Below are positions 11,430-22,516 of a DNA stretch of 64,000 bases, piece after piece. The notes beneath the pieces are model-generated. The model was not told the DNA's origin, did not search any database, and worked only from the letters and a program-made list of their open reading frames with translations. The DNA is taken from positions 36,022,001-36,086,000 of the forward strand of contig NC_042998.1 of assembly GCF_006345805.1 (NCBI RefSeq), given 5' to 3'. Position 1 is the first letter of the stretch; every line of letters begins with the position of its first letter. The stretch comes from Octopus sinensis. Taxonomy: Eukaryota. Both the position numbers and the translations under genes were made by a program.

Positions 11430-12700
11430 GTTATTGATTGTATTTATCACTGGTCTACATGTGTCTCTCGATGTTGCAGTGGATGTTCTGTATTTGTGTT
11501 GTTGTTGTTGTTGTTGTTGGTTTGTCTCTTGTCACTGTTGAGGTCGTTGCTGCTGTTGAGATAATTATTGTCATGATCGTTAGCTTGTTACCTGGCTTAA
11601 TGATTGCCTGAACCTTTCTTGTTGTTAAGTTTGGCACTTCCAAACTTTTCAGTTTTAGGAATGAGGTCAGTATATTCACCTGTCGGTTCACTTCCGGTTT
11701 GACAGTCATTCGACCATTCGACCCATTCAGACACTTTCGTGTTATCTATGGCCACTTCCATAACCGAAGCTTCGATTGTGTTTGTGTTTGTTTTCAATGG
11801 TCAATGTTGCTGTTGTTGTTGTTGTTGTTGGCGGTGGTTGGGAGACTTTGTTGATGAACCCTTCTGTGAGTGGAGAAAAACTTTGTTACTATACTTGCAG
11901 TTATTACTGGAATGGTTACCACTACTGCCCTGTGATTGCAGTGGATTTAGTGTTTGAAGCAGCGGTGCACTGTGCCAAATTGCCCTCATCTCCACACTGG
12001 GGCAGAAAGCCTTGAGCTAATCTGTTTGGCCACAGATAAAGCAGTTGGGTTTTCTATCTTCCACGACTGTCTGGATTTGCTTGCATTCTATGAAATGGAA
12101 ACCTAGGCTGTCAGGCACATCTTCCGGGTCAACCAAAATCTGGAACTCCACTGACATTTCCGCTTTATTTTGTGAGTGTTAGACTTCATGCTCCTCGAGT
12201 AGGGCCATTATTTTGATTTGGTCCCTTTAGGGAGGTACTTTTGTGACCTTGGGTTTGATCACACGACGTTTTATTCATATTCTTCTCAAAACAAACTTAA
12301 GAGATGTAGGTTGTTGCAGTCAGCCTACAAGCTTTCTGTTCGCTGTTTCAGACTGCGCTCAGCATCATCTGTTGCTTTCCTTGGATTATGTACACTACGG
12401 AAGTCCACACCTTTATTCAGATATTTTTCGATTTCGGTTGGGGATTGATATAGCGAGATCCTTTTGGTGCGATTGATGCACTGGAAAATAATGAGTTTTT
12501 TTACAAACAAAATTTCCTTTTCTGAAAGCCAGATCATTCCAGGGCGAACTATATCGTCCAAATACGTTTTAATTGCGTTATGTTTTCCTCCAAGAGAATG
12601 TGAAATCCATTCCTCATTGGCCCCAGTCGGAGGTTGTCTTATATTGGGAGGACTGCAGCATTCATGCATTCACACAATTTGAAAACAATGCATTTTCCTT
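11430..12700 (-). pseudogene. Decayed LINE ORF1 (L1/Tx1-like) with CCHC zinc knuckle
   Basis: Manual translation gives ...IQTVVEDRKPNCFICGQTD*LKAFCP (CX2CX4[H]X4C with His lost to a stop), followed by a low-complexity Q/T tail. Multiple stops. Confidence 0.6.
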
Positions 12701-12859
12701 TCTCATTTCACTTCCTTTTCTCTTTCTTACTTCCACACCATCTTTTCTGTAAACTCGCACACTAATAATTGTAGACTGTCGTTGTAACGACCCCTCATCT
12801 AAGCCCATGTGGCAAATATATGAAATTATTACCGACCGAGAACGTTTTCATGGGGCTAA

Positions 12860-13430
12860 ATCTACCTCAGAAGGTAGAGGGTCCCTTTAGTCTTGGCTGG
12901 ATGCCCAACAGCCCACTAGAGATGGTGTGTCCAGAAAAAAAATCATTGGTGGTTGTGATACCTCATTAATGCAGCTCTCTTTATGAGTGCAATGCCAAAT
13001 AAAAATCATCACAACTGCATTCAGGAGACCCAAACCCCGAGTGAAGGTCTCTCGCGTGGATCGTGTTCCACTGCGCAGCAAGGTGGGTCTGGTTCAAATA
13101 CTGCTACAAAGATTAGAAGAAAATGGACTCAAAACGACAACAGAACGTAAGAATGCTTTTACAGAAGCGAGTCAACCAAAACTGGACAACGGAAAAGAAT
13201 TGAAAAAAGTTGAGAAATATCAGGATTTAGCTAAAGAGCTGAGGAGACTGAGGAAGACCAAGGCAACAGTGATTCCTGTAGTAATTGGTACACTTGGCAC
13301 AATACCCAAAAGACTGCCCAAAAGACTGAAAGAATTTGGAATTGAAATTCGTAAGCTTCCTAAGAAAGACTCTTGAGAGTTGAGGAGACTTTTCCCAAAC
13401 CGCAAGATAAAATATCAGCAAACTAAATTA
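12860..13430 (+). mobile_element. Internally deleted R4/Dong-like non-LTR element
   Basis: The N-terminal motif RRKWTQNDNRT..ECFY is joined directly to the RLE C-terminus KVEKYQDLAKELRRL.KTKATVIPVVIGTLGTIPK. A 3' end resembling TTGAGGAGACTT...ATCAGC follows. Confidence 0.7.
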
Positions 13431-13664
13431 GCCTCCACTAGCGCATCATCATCGACATCACCAGCAAAAACATTATCAACACCATAAAAAAATAATATAA
13501 AACCTGTATTAAACAGTCGTATGAAGATCGGACTCTGAAAAGCCTGTGTATAGTTCCAGTTTCACGGTATTAAGCGGACGAGGGATTAATTATTTATTGA
13601 ATGGGGAGCGGGGCAAGGAATCGTAAATAAATTAAATTCGCAAAATATCTGACAGCAAATTTCT

Positions 13665-13896
13665 TATTTCTTTATTGCCCACAAGGGTTAAACAGAGAGG
13701 AGACAGACAAAGACAGACAAACGGATTAAGTTGATTATATCGACCCCAGTGCGTAACTGGTACTTAATTTCTCACCCCCCCCCCCGAAAGGATGAAAGGC
13801 AAAGTTGACCACGGCAGAATTTGAGCTCAGAACGTATCCGCAGACGAAATACCGCAAAGCATTTCTTTCGCCCGGCGTGCTAACGTTTCTGCCAGC
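13665..13896 (-). mobile_element. SINE family A (A1, GCAATAAAGAAATA tail variant)
   Basis: Family core, slightly 5'-truncated head. Confidence 0.88.
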
Positions 13897-13986
13897 AGAT
13901 TTCTATCAATTTAAAGACACATTACATGAGGTTGTAGGTCAATTATTTATACCGAGAGTTAGCCTTCATTCCCACATATATACATC

Positions 13987-14055
<69 letters not shown>

Positions 14056-14265
14056 ACTTTAGATTAGTTCAAATATGTTTGTGACATATTTTAACTTCTA
14101 AAAGGAATTTCACTTCAGTTTAACATTCTCGACCAAGGGGTCCAACAGAGGGCTCTGTTGAGCTGATATTGGTACATTTTCACCTTTTACCATAAGCAAG
14201 AATTATATATGTATTTGATATTTATTATTTATTATATTATTTTAAGAATACAATATAATATAATA

Positions 14266-14462
14266 TTACTTTTTTACTCTTTTACGTGTTTCAGACATTT
14301 GACTGCTGCAATGCTGGAGCACCGCCTTTAGTCGAGCAAATCGACCCCGGGACTTATTCGTTGTAAGCCCAGCACTTATTCTATCGGTCTCTTTTGCCGA
14401 ACCGCTAAGTGACGGGGACGTAAACACACCAGCATCGGTTGTCAAGGACAAACACAGGCACA

Positions 14463-14540
<78 letters not shown>

Positions 14541-14704
14541 TATATACGACAGGCTTCTTTCAGTTTCCGTCTACCAAATCCACTCACAAGGCTTTGGTTG
14601 GTCCGAGGCTATAGCAGAAAACACTTGCCCAAGATGCCACGCAGTGGGACTGAATCCGGAACCATGTGGTTGGTTAGCAAGTTACTTACCACACAGCCAC
14701 TCCT
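14266..14704 (-). mobile_element. SINE family B
   Basis: Family head, centre and tail. Confidence 0.9.
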
Positions 14705-15008
14705 GTTAATAAATTTTAATTTTTGAATTAACAATTGTAGATCTCTATTTTCTTTTAATTTTTATAAATTTAATACATACCCGTGTGAATTGTAAAGTTT
14801 TTATATACTTTCGAGTCACATGCGGATAGGAAAGCCTTTTTTTCAGACGAGGGCTTATATGCCTCGTTATTAGACTATATTTCCTTAGTCATTGCACGGT
14901 AATCGCTATAAGCTTTAACCTTATATAAAAATACTATTATTATTATTTACAAGATTGTAAAATATGGCAGTGTTTAACAAAACCATTCGCACAGAAAGCA
15001 TATATATA

Positions 15009-15048
15009 CTAGCTTAAAAGCCGCCCTGTCGAGCGGCTTTTAAGCTAG
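15009..15048. repeat. 16-bp perfect hairpin bounded by CTAG on both arms
   Basis: CTAGCTTAAAAGCCGC-cctgtcga-GCGGCTTTTAAGCTAG. Confidence 0.85.
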
Positions 15049-15641
15049 CTCATATGGAGAGCTCTTCATTGAGCCTTGGGCCCAATAACGACACTTCATG
15101 CATTGAGTACATATTGAATTTTTTTAAAGTTGACCAATATTTTTCAAGCAATGAACAATTTTCGTCAAAATGATTTAATAGGTGAACTGGGAACTTCATG
15201 GTAAACAACATTTTTTTGTCTTCCCATTCGGGGGTCAGTACAATTTTTTTATGTCTAACCTCTTTCTTTCTCTCTCTTTCTGTTGATTGTTTTCAACTAT
15301 CACCATCACCAGTACCACCATCATCGCCACCACAACTGCCATACACACACCATTCAGACTTTTGACGCCACCACCATCAACACCTTTTTACTTTGCCGCC
15401 TTCCCATTCACCACACATCACCTTCCCATTCACCACACATCCCATTCACCATCATGCTTGATAGCATCAGCTACCACCACCACATGACTCTATCACAACT
15501 ACAGCTCATACTAATACTGTCACCATATTACCATCTCAACTGTCAATCTACTACCACCCTCGAGGAGTAGAATTGCCATTGAATAGTGAGAGAGGGGGGG
15601 GTCAATGTGTGACACACTGACACACAGAAATTCGTTTTGGC

Positions 15642-15685
<44 letters not shown>

Positions 15686-15933
15686 AAAAATAAGGAGAAA
15701 ATGGAGAGGTAATTAATAGAATATTATTAATTAGTTATAAAATATGACAACATCACCGACAGCCGTTTCGATTCAGTAATATTTAAATAATTAAATTATA
15801 AAATTAAAAATTATAAGATGAATATCTCTTCAAATATATAAATCAGGGTTTATATAGTTACCTTATAGTTGAACTAACCAGTATTTTCATTGGATTTTAT
15901 TATCCCTTTATGAGGTTTATAACTTTTATTTGG

Positions 15934-15979
<46 letters not shown>

Positions 15980-16499
15980 GTGTGTGTGAATATAATTACC
16001 TGTATTGCCCAAGATGTCTAATTTTAATCCACTGGTTCCTCTCCCGACACTCAACATCATGGGAAGTCGAACGCTCACCGTACAGGTAACTTTTGTTAAT
16101 GCACCTGGCTCTACACATATCAAGTCTTTCTCACAATCTGTCGTCAGTTGGCTGCGAGATTTGTTTTTTGTATATGATACTTGTCACAACAGAAAGAAAA
16201 TAATTCTCCGAAAAAAGATGAGCTGCAACATCAATAAACCTATGAAAAATCAAAGTAAAATACAATACCAATTATAAGAGCGAAACAAAGAAAAAGCTAT
16301 TAAAATGAAAGAAAATCGACAGAAACACACAATAACGAAATAATGAAATCTCTAAAGGAAATCTGAAGAAAGAATGGATTAATGACGACGACAAAAGGCG
16401 CTAAAAATTCCTTCTTGATTCGACAGGAGGAAAAATAATAACAGAAACGAACACTAAATTGAACAACACAATCCTCGTCACCTTCGCTTCTATAACCAT

Positions 16500-16517
16500 T
16501 GCCATCACTACTACTAT

Positions 16518-16565
<48 letters not shown>

Positions 16566-16615
16566 CACTACCACCGCCGCCGCCGTCGCCACTATCAATA
16601 ATAACAAACACAAGA
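16500..16615. repeat. (CTA)n/(CCG)n microsatellite
   Basis: Direct run. Confidence 0.95.
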
Positions 16616-17154
16616 ACATCATATCGATGTGTAAAAATAATTGGAATGTTTGGAAAAAAACCCCCCAAAATAAATCAAAACAAAACAAACAAAAAGCAAG
16701 AAAAAGTAAAAAAAGAAAGAAAGTTGAGTCTGTCGATGTTGACAGTAACAGCAGTTATTTCCTCTCGTGTAGGCACATGGCCTAATTTCGTCTCAATCTG
16801 GTTCGATTTGGCTATATTTTATCGATCTTGAAAGAACTGAAGAGGTAAAGTAGGCCCCAGAAAGAATGCAGTTGAGCCTAAAATATGGTAAATATATATA
16901 AGGTAAAATGCAATACCAATTATAAGAGATACAAGGAGTTAAAAAAAACTAGCAGAAGTAATCCGTGCAATATGCAGAGACAAATTCCCTTCAAAGGAAC
17001 TTAAAATCTAAAATGAGCAATGCAAATGAAGGTGGATATTGTCTTTAAAGCAACGAACACGTTTCGGGCTTATTAGACCTCGTAAATGAAATATATTCTA
17101 CTCGGTTGGCAAGACTGGAAAATAATACATACATACACACATACATATATACAT

Positions 17155-17560
17155 CGCTAGCCGCTACACACATTTTTTTCTCTCCTTGTTTCTTTCTGTG
17201 TTCCTTTCTGTGGAAGAGTGTAGGCTCGAAACGTTAAAAACTTTTTCAATTCCCGAACGTTATACTAATACATCTGTTTGTTTTCTACACCACCTGTCTT
17301 CGTCTTGTGTTTTTTTCGTGAATTCTCCCCCCCCCCTATATATACATATATATATAGTTAATCCAAACAAGAAAACACAAAAGAACACAACAACGCGAGG
17401 ACGTGGAACAAATATAGTATTATTGGACGCTCAGGAAAGAAGGGAAGAAGGAGGATTTAACGTTTCGAGCGGAGCTCTTCGTCGGAAACATAGGAGAAGG
17501 AAAGATCCAGAGAAGGGAAGACAGAGGAAAAAAAAATCGCCAACGGTACATACGAGGTCA
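17155..17560. mobile_element. Two oppositely oriented Penelope-terminal-repeat-like fragments with hammerhead-like motifs
   Basis: Plus strand CTGTGGA-A-GAGT-GTAG-GCTC-GAAAC-GTT (17208-17235). Minus strand CCGACGA-A-GAGC-TCC-GCTC-GAAAC-GTT (17485-17458). Confidence 0.5.
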
Positions 17561-17588
17561 CATTGTGTATACATATACACACACACAC

Positions 17589-17677
<89 letters not shown>

Positions 17678-17684
17678 ATATATG

Positions 17685-18083
17685 TCGTTGCTATTATGCA
17701 AAAGTGTCGTATGTCCAAAACGTTGCTTTTTTCAGAAAACCAAAAAAATAGTTTCACCATTCGATTTCTTTTTACATTAGCAACAGTTTCAGATTAACAA
17801 TAATACTTTGTTGGGTGCATAAAATCGTAACTCCATGCATGTATGATATTTTCAGTCAGAAATATTTTTGCAAAACTGTCGTATGTGGGACTTACTACAC
17901 TTTTGAAAAAAAATGCTAAACCGTTGTACTACACTTTGACAATTTTTATATCTTGGCATCTGAAGAAGCTGGAGATACGATAGTTTGACCAAAAGAACTG
18001 GCCATGGCAAGTAAAATTATATATTGAAGAAAACCGCATTTGGCCAAATTTGGACATACGACAGTTTATCATAATAGCAACGA
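17685..18083 (+). mobile_element. MITE with about 35-bp TIRs in (TA)n
   Basis: Left TCGTTGCTATTATGCAAAAGTGTCGTATGTCCAAA; right end reverse complement TCGTTGCTATTATGATAAACTGTCGTATGTCCAAA. Second copy at 55968. Confidence 0.85.
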
Positions 18084-18149
18084 TATATATATAAACAAAA
18101 TGAAAGATAAAATAAGTGGACAAGAAGAACTTTATTGGTGCATGAATTT

Positions 18150-18272
18150 AGCGACCCTCGAAGGAAGCTGATATCGACAGGATTTGAACTCAGACTACAA
18201 ACGACCGAAACTAGATACCGCGAGTCATACTAACCGATGCGGTGAAGAATCTGCTAATCCACCGCCTTATTA
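18150..18272 (-). mobile_element. Old, degenerate SINE family A head
   Basis: GATTTGAACTCAG ... CCACCGCCTT. Confidence 0.5.
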
Positions 18273-18859
18273 ATGTCTCAATTCGGGATTCTTCATCCAA
18301 AGCATTGATAACTAGGGACTAAATTTAAGTATTAAACAGAAACAGGAAGAAGAGTCTCTAAGACAGAAAAAGTAATTTTTACAAGTTGTCTGCGACAATG
18401 GCAACTTTCTGCAAGTGCCAATAATCATCAGTAAGCTGTCATCTGTGAAACAACAGTTCGGTTCCCAGCTGAATAATCTGATGCCATCCACCATCATCAT
18501 CATCATCGCATGAAAAGATAGTTTTAAAGATAAAAATCCGAGAAGTTTTGGCTGTCATCTTTTTCCCCGTCTACAATACACCGAGAAACACCTTACCCTC
18601 CGTTTTAGGATTTTCCTCTTCATCATTTCGAAGATTACTGACTAAATTGAACCATTCACAGAATCACAAAACACAAACTTCATCGTCTTTTATTTACTTA
18701 TGCTAATGCAGGATGATTAATGGGATACATGCAGGGCATGCTGCTTGCTTAGTCCCAGATTAGGAGGAGCGAAAGATTATGTTGGATTAAGGCCATCTGA
18801 TATTTTCAATATTGTTGTTGTGAATAAAGCGAAACAATTTGGGAATCTGAATAAGAAAG

Positions 18860-18879
18860 ATCGACTAATAATAATAATG

Positions 18880-18934
<55 letters not shown>

Positions 18935-19005
18935 CGATGATGAATAATGGTAATTGTAATAATGATAGTAGTAGTAATAATAATAATAATAATAATAGTA
19001 GTGAT
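18860..19005. repeat. (AAT)n microsatellite
   Basis: Direct run. Confidence 0.95.
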
Positions 19006-19424
19006 AAGCGTTAACATCTCCAGAAAAAGGAAGAGAAGTGAGCGAGTGAATTTCGTATGCTTGGCGTTGGAAATCTTCCTACTTCAGATTAAAGGATTAT
19101 CCAGAAAGCAATTGTTATTCAATCAATTCTTAGAATGTGCACCATTGCATATGTTCCTGATATCTCTTCTTACTGTTAATCCCTACATTGATCTCACTAT
19201 CTTACTGTTTTTGTCTCTTTATCAACGCAACACACGGATACAGTTATACAAACATTAGCAGAAACACACCCGCAAGATCAACCGGTGAAAGGAAAGGATA
19301 TATGCATAACAAGACAGACAAATAAATTGATTGATTCATAGAAAGAATATACAAATAGACTGTAAAATCAAATACAAATAACAATAATACATGACAAATA
19401 TACAATTATACTAGAATAACAAAT

Positions 19425-19474
<50 letters not shown>

Positions 19475-20164
19475 CATACGTACATACATGTACACATACC
19501 ATCATATATATTGTTAGAGATATATATACACCTACATACCGACTGACTTGCCTAAGTTGAGAAATATATAGACGAATGCATAATATCTGAACGAAAACGA
19601 ACGTAAAAGGTTAAAGAAGTTCGACATTATTCTTATTGGTAAACCTGATATGCATACACCTTCTAGTAAGCTTATACAACGAGTATTTCATTTTCTTTTG
19701 CCTAAAACAATCAAAGAATTCTAATAAGTATCGGCTTCTTTGTGTTAAAGCCACAGTGTAATTCCTGAACTCACTGCACCGTTCTTACAACCACTTCAAT
19801 GCTTTAAACAAACACAAGCATATAGATTTGTGTTGTTGAGGTTTATTTATAAAATGTATGGAAATAAAGAATGATGTAAAAAGTGTAATATGAAGCGATA
19901 TATTTGTATTTTAACACATGATAAACATCGTATATTGTAATTAAATAAGAGAGAGTTATTTATAAAACAATATTCATGCTTATAATATTCAGCAGATGCT
20001 GTTTTAGTATCTCAAACATAGCGCTTCATTTTTCATGATATATAATAGATGTTAACTACTGCTGAGGAGGTTCGGGACTTTATATTTATCATCGGAACCT
20101 CAGTCATAGGAAAACCTGGTTTCACAAGACGCCTCTATTTATGTTCTTTGCTATTTAATGTTCA

Positions 20165-20272
20165 GGCGCTGGAGTGGCTGTGGTAAGTATCTTGCTTACC
20201 AACCACATGGCTCCAAAGGCGGTGCTCCAGCATGGCCGCAGTCAAATGACTGAAACAAGAGTAAAAGAGTAT
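20165..20272 (+). mobile_element. SINE family B mini-copy (head fused to tail)
   Basis: GGCGCTGGAGTGGCTGTGGTAAG...CACATGGCTCC|AAAGGCGGTGCTCCAGC...GAGTAAAAGAGTA. Confidence 0.8.
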
Positions 20273-20483
20273 ATCCATTTCTACTTGAAGTAAAGAAGTT
20301 TTAATAATTGTTTTTTTTTTTTCATTTTAAACTATTTTCAATCATCTGTAAAAATTTAAAAGTAATATTCAGAAGTTTAAGTACTCTGGGACTTAATGGG
20401 TTAAACGCAACTCGTTCGGGTGCCTTTTGATACCACCTCGTTCATTCATTCATTCATTCATACATACATACATACATACAAAT

Positions 20484-20886
20484 AGGCGCTGGAGTGGCTG
20501 TGTGGTAAGTAGCTTGCTAACCAACCACATGGTTCCGGGTTCAGTCCCACTGCGTAGCACCTTGGGTAAGTGTCTTCTACTATAGCCTCGGGCCCACTAA
20601 AGCCTTGTGAGTAGATTTGGTAGACGGAAACTAAAAGAAACCCGTCGTATATATATGTATGTGTGTATATGTTTGTGTCTGTGTTTGTCTCCCCCCCACC
20701 ATTGCTTGACAACCGACGGTGGTGTGTTTACGTCCCCGTAACTTAGCGGTTCAGCAAAAGGGACCGATAGAATAAGTACTAGGCTTACAAAGAATAAGTC
20801 CTGGGGTCGATTTACTCGACTAAAAGGCGGTGCTCCAGCATGGCCGCAGTCAAATGACTGAAACAAGTAAAAGAATAAAAGAGTAT
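20484..20886 (+). mobile_element. SINE family B
   Basis: Family head, centre and tail. Confidence 0.92.
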
Positions 20887-20899
20887 ACATACATATGTA

Positions 20900-21725
20900 A
20901 AAGGGAATACTGGTGGAATGTCCTACTGAGAACCTCAAAATGTAAGCACTTAACATCTGATATAATGATTTGGGATTGAGAAGAGAAATTGTGTACATTT
21001 GTGGACATTAGCAGCCCAGCGGATGTTAACAAAGCTGAAGATCAGTGAAAAAGAGAATACCTACGCTGAAATATTGAGAAATCTGTAGTCATTCTCTTTT
21101 ACTCTTTTAATCTTTTATTTGTTTTAGTCATTTGACTGCGGCCATGCTGGAGCACCGCCTTTAATCGAGCAACTCGACTCCGGGACTTATTCTTTTGTAA
21201 GCCCAGTACTTATTCTATCGGTCTCTTTTGCCGAACCGCTAATTAACGGGGACATAAACACACCAGCATCGGTTGTCAAGCAATGCTAGGGGGACAAACA
21301 CAGACACAAACACACACACGCATATATACATATATATATATATATATATACATATATACGACGGGCTTCTTTCAGTTTCCGTCTACCAAATCCACTCACA
21401 AGGCTTTGGTCGGCTCGAGGCTATAGTAGAAGACACTTGCCCAAAGTGCCACGCAGTGGAACTGAACACGGAACCATGTGGTTGGTAAACAAGCTACTTA
21501 CCACACAGCCACTCCCTATCCAGATTACAAGTTCAGGTTTATACCTGTAATCATTAGGGCCCTAGGATATGTAGCACGCTACCTAAATACCAATCTTGAG
21601 AAATTAGGCTTCTCAAAACCAGAAAGGAGAAAGCTAATTCAAAGACTACAGATCCAATCCATCACTGGAACTGTAAAAATCTGTAAAACTTTCCAGAAGT
21701 TTATCTTTTAAATATATAGGAGCAT
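20900..21725 (+). mobile_element. 3' fragment of an RLE-clade (R4-like) LINE, interrupted by SINE-B
   Basis: Translation EYWWNV...DIMIWD..EKLCTFVDISSPADVN..KISEKENTYAEILRNL / YPDYKFRFIPVIIRALGYV...QSITGTVKICKTFQKF matches the PD-(D/E)xK restriction-like endonuclease C-terminus. Confidence 0.8.
21094..21514 (-). mobile_element. SINE family B nested in the RLE LINE
   Basis: Splits GTAGTCATTCT|ATCCAG, which is contiguous in the homolog near 60443. Confidence 0.92.
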
Positions 21726-21950
21726 GATACCACCATGCTAGATATAGCAGCCAAAACTTGACTCTAAAGCCACATTAAATGTTCATACAGCAACAGGAAA
21801 GAAGACAAAGAGACAAAATAAACTAGTAAAAATATCCAATAATTTTTTGCTAGATTATTTTGTCCTTTTATCTTCTCTCTTGGTGCTGTGTGAACATTTA
21901 ATGTGGTTTTAGAGTCAAGTTTTGGCTGCTATCTCTAGCATGGTGGTATC
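21726..21950. repeat. About 100-bp imperfect inverted repeat with 23-nt spacer, just after the LINE stop codon
   Basis: 21726-21826 versus 21850-21950. Confidence 0.85.
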
Positions 21951-21974
21951 TTTTAGATACCCTTAATTATAATT

Positions 21975-22015
21975 TTATATATATATATATATACATGTAT
22001 GCGTGTATATATATA

Positions 22016-22057
<42 letters not shown>

Positions 22058-22060
22058 GTA

Positions 22061-22106
<46 letters not shown>

Positions 22107-22475
22107 GTATATATATGTATAATATATATACATGTATGTGTATATATATGTATATATATATACATGTATGTATATATATATGTATATATATAACATGTAT
22201 GTATATATATATATATGTATATATATATATACATGTATGTATATATATATATACACATGTATGTATATATATATATATTTATATATATACATACATGTGT
22301 ATATATATATACACATACATGTATATATATATATACATATATATATATACATACATGTATATATATATATATACATGTATGTGTATATATATACACATGT
22401 ATATATATATATATATATTTATATATATACATGTATGTATATCTATCTATCTATCTATATATATATATATACATG

Positions 22476-22512
<37 letters not shown>
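21975..22512. repeat. (TA)n/TACATG compound microsatellite
   Basis: Direct; it explains the YI-repeat ORFs. Confidence 0.97.

Positions 22513-22516
<4 letters not shown>

Noticed and set aside
14833-14870. CAGACGA-GGGC…GCCT hairpin as a hammerhead
   Set aside because: It lacks GAAA after the stem.
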